Assembly: GCA_945860095.1 (NCBI GenBank)
Contig: CAMAPP010000004.1
Coordinates: forward strand, 1-50,146
Direction: 5' to 3'
Origin: Rhizobium sp. Q54
GTDB taxonomy: Bacteria; Pseudomonadota; Alphaproteobacteria; CADEGL01
DNA: 50,146 nucleotides
Shown here: one piece after another, positions 48,738-50,146 of the stretch
How the letters are laid out: every line of letters begins with the position of its first letter
Numbering within the stretch: position 1 is the first letter of the stretch
The notes under the pieces: model-generated
The model's database searches: none
What the model was told of the DNA's origin: nothing
The model's input: only the letters and a program-made list of their open reading frames with translations
Program-made: the position numbers and the translations under genes

Positions 48738-48814
48738 GGCCATGGCAAAGCCGAGGCCAAGTCAAAGCCGGCGCCAAGCCAAAGCCGAGGCCAAGTCAAA
48801 GCCGACGCCATGGC
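48730..48814. repeat. Five 17-bp tandem units (AAAGCCGAGGCCAAGTC-like) starting at a stop codon
   Basis: Units at 48730, 48747, 48764, 48781 and 48798; unit 1 contains the ligase TAA (48735-48737). Confidence 0.88.
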
Positions 48815-48844
48815 CAGGCTGAAGCCAGGAACGAGGAGTTAGCA

Positions 48845-50035
48845 ATGAACACGGTGGAGCCGCGCGGCCGGTTGGGCTTGCGTCCCGCGATCGAGAATCT
48901 GACCCCCCAGCTCATCCGCGAAGTATCGCTCGTCGGCCAGGGGGTGCCCGACGTCATCGCATTGTGGTTCGGCGAGCCGGACCTGCCCACGCCCAAGGTC
49001 GTGCGCGACGCTGCGGCCAAGGCGCTCGCCGATGGGCAAACCTTCTACAATCCCAATCGCGGCATCGCCCCGCTGCGCGAGGAATTGGCCGTCTATAATT
49101 CGCGTCTCTACGGCCGGAAAATCGAGACCGAGCGCGTGACCGTGACGCCGTCCGGCGTGCAGGCGATCATGCAGACGGGGCAAGCGATCATCGATCCGGG
49201 CGACGACGTGCTTGCGGTCGCGCCGCTCTGGCCCAATTGCCGCGAGATCGTCCACATCATGAGCGGCGGCTGCCGGACCATGATGCTCGATTTCAAGGAC
49301 GGGCGCTGGTCGCTCGATCTCGATCGCCTGTTCTCGATGGTGCGCCCCAATACCCGCCTTTTGATGGTCAATTCGCCGAACAATCCGACCGGCTGGACGA
49401 TGACCGGCGAGGAACAAAAGGCGATGATCGAGTTCTGCCGCCAGCGCGGCATTTGGATCATGTCGGACGAGGTTTACGCGCGCCTGGTGTTCTCCGGCGC
49501 CGCCGCCGCGCCGTCCTTCCTAGAACACGCCGATCCCGAGGACCGGGTGATCGTGGTCAACTCGTTCTCCAAGCCCTGGGCGATGACGGGCTGGCGGGTG
49601 GGCTGGCTGGTCCATCCCCCGGCCCTCGCCAAGACCTTCGAGATGCTCGGCGAATACAACATGTCCTGCGCCACGACCTTCGCCCAGCACGGCGCCGTCG
49701 CCGCGCTGAAATTCGGCGAGGATTTCGTCGCCCAATCCGTCGCGCGCTACCGGCAGGGCCGCGACATCGTCCACCAGCGGCTGTCGGCCAATCCACGCGT
49801 GCGCATCGGCCGGCCCGACGGGGCGTTCTATGCCTTCTTCGCGGTGGACGGCATGACGGATAGCCTTAAGGCGGCCAAGGATCTGGTGCTGAAGGCCCAT
49901 GTCGGACTCTCGCCCGGCGCCGCTTTCGGGCCGGAATGCGAAGGCTATCTGCGCCTGTGTTTCGCCAAATCGGCCGAAACCGTCACGACGGCCATCGACC
50001 GCATCGAGGATTTCATCGCCAAGGAGATGAAATGA
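48845..50035 (+). CDS. Class I/II PLP-dependent aminotransferase
   Basis: LWFGEPD, NSPNNPTG, SDEVY, NSFSKPWAMTGWRVG, YLRLCFA; RBS GAGGAG. Confidence 0.92.
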   Translation: MNTVEPRGRLGLRPAIENLTPQLIREVSLVGQGVPDVIALWFGEPDLPTPKVVRDAAAKALADGQTFYNPNRGIAPLREELAVYNSRLYGRKIETERVTVTPSGVQAIMQTGQAIIDPGDDVLAVAPLWPNCREIVHIMSGGCRTMMLDFKDGRWSLDLDRLFSMVRPNTRLLMVNSPNNPTGWTMTGEEQKAMIEFCRQRGIWIMSDEVYARLVFSGAAAAPSFLEHADPEDRVIVVNSFSKPWAMTGWRVGWLVHPPALAKTFEMLGEYNMSCATTFAQHGAVAALKFGEDFVAQSVARYRQGRDIVHQRLSANPRVRIGRPDGAFYAFFAVDGMTDSLKAAKDLVLKAHVGLSPGAAFGPECEGYLRLCFAKSAETVTTAIDRIEDFIAKEMK

Positions 50036-50146
50036 TCGTCGTCGTCTTCGAGGTCGTGCCCAAATCCGGGCGCGCCGCGGATTATTTCGCGCTCGCCGGG
50101 GAATTGCGCGCCGAGCTCGAAACCATCGACGGCTTCGTCTCGGTGG
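50032..50146 (+). CDS. Antibiotic biosynthesis monooxygenase (ABM) family protein, 3'-truncated
   Basis: ATGA overlap with the upstream stop; MIVVVFEVVPKSGRAADYFALAGELRAELETIDGFVSV. Confidence 0.75.
   Translation, partial: MIVVVFEVVPKSGRAADYFALAGELRAELETIDGFVSV

Overview
GC-rich bacterial chromosomal window with about 42 protein-coding genes. Gene content (eutB/eutC/doeD homologues, FIST protein, SPINDLY-like GT41, tesA/ABC trio) suggests an alphaproteobacterium, which is an inference. I found no rRNA, tRNA, CRISPR array, integrase or transposase. In order: the 3' end of a large RTX-repeat secreted protein; catabolic enzymes (GGT family, HpcH aldolase, DUF3830, amidohydrolase, acyl-CoA dehydrogenase); a non-canonical ectoine-catabolism-like locus (three metal-ligand-deficient M24 hydrolases, two Asp/Glu-racemase-family genes, divergent doeD-eutB-ridA-eutC, with no doeB/doeC or transporter in view); GST, FAD oxidoreductase, acyl-CoA dehydrogenase and MFS; three tandem Rieske oxygenase alpha subunits with no reductase, coupled to a 3-methyladenine-glycosylase-like gene and ridA; then housekeeping-type genes. 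The most unusual non-coding signal is a set of short tandem repeats with different units (6-26 bp). Most overlap or abut start/stop codons or a promoter. There is also a 123-bp CTAG-bounded palindromic element between two convergent genes. Product calls come from motif recognition by eye; no database search was run.
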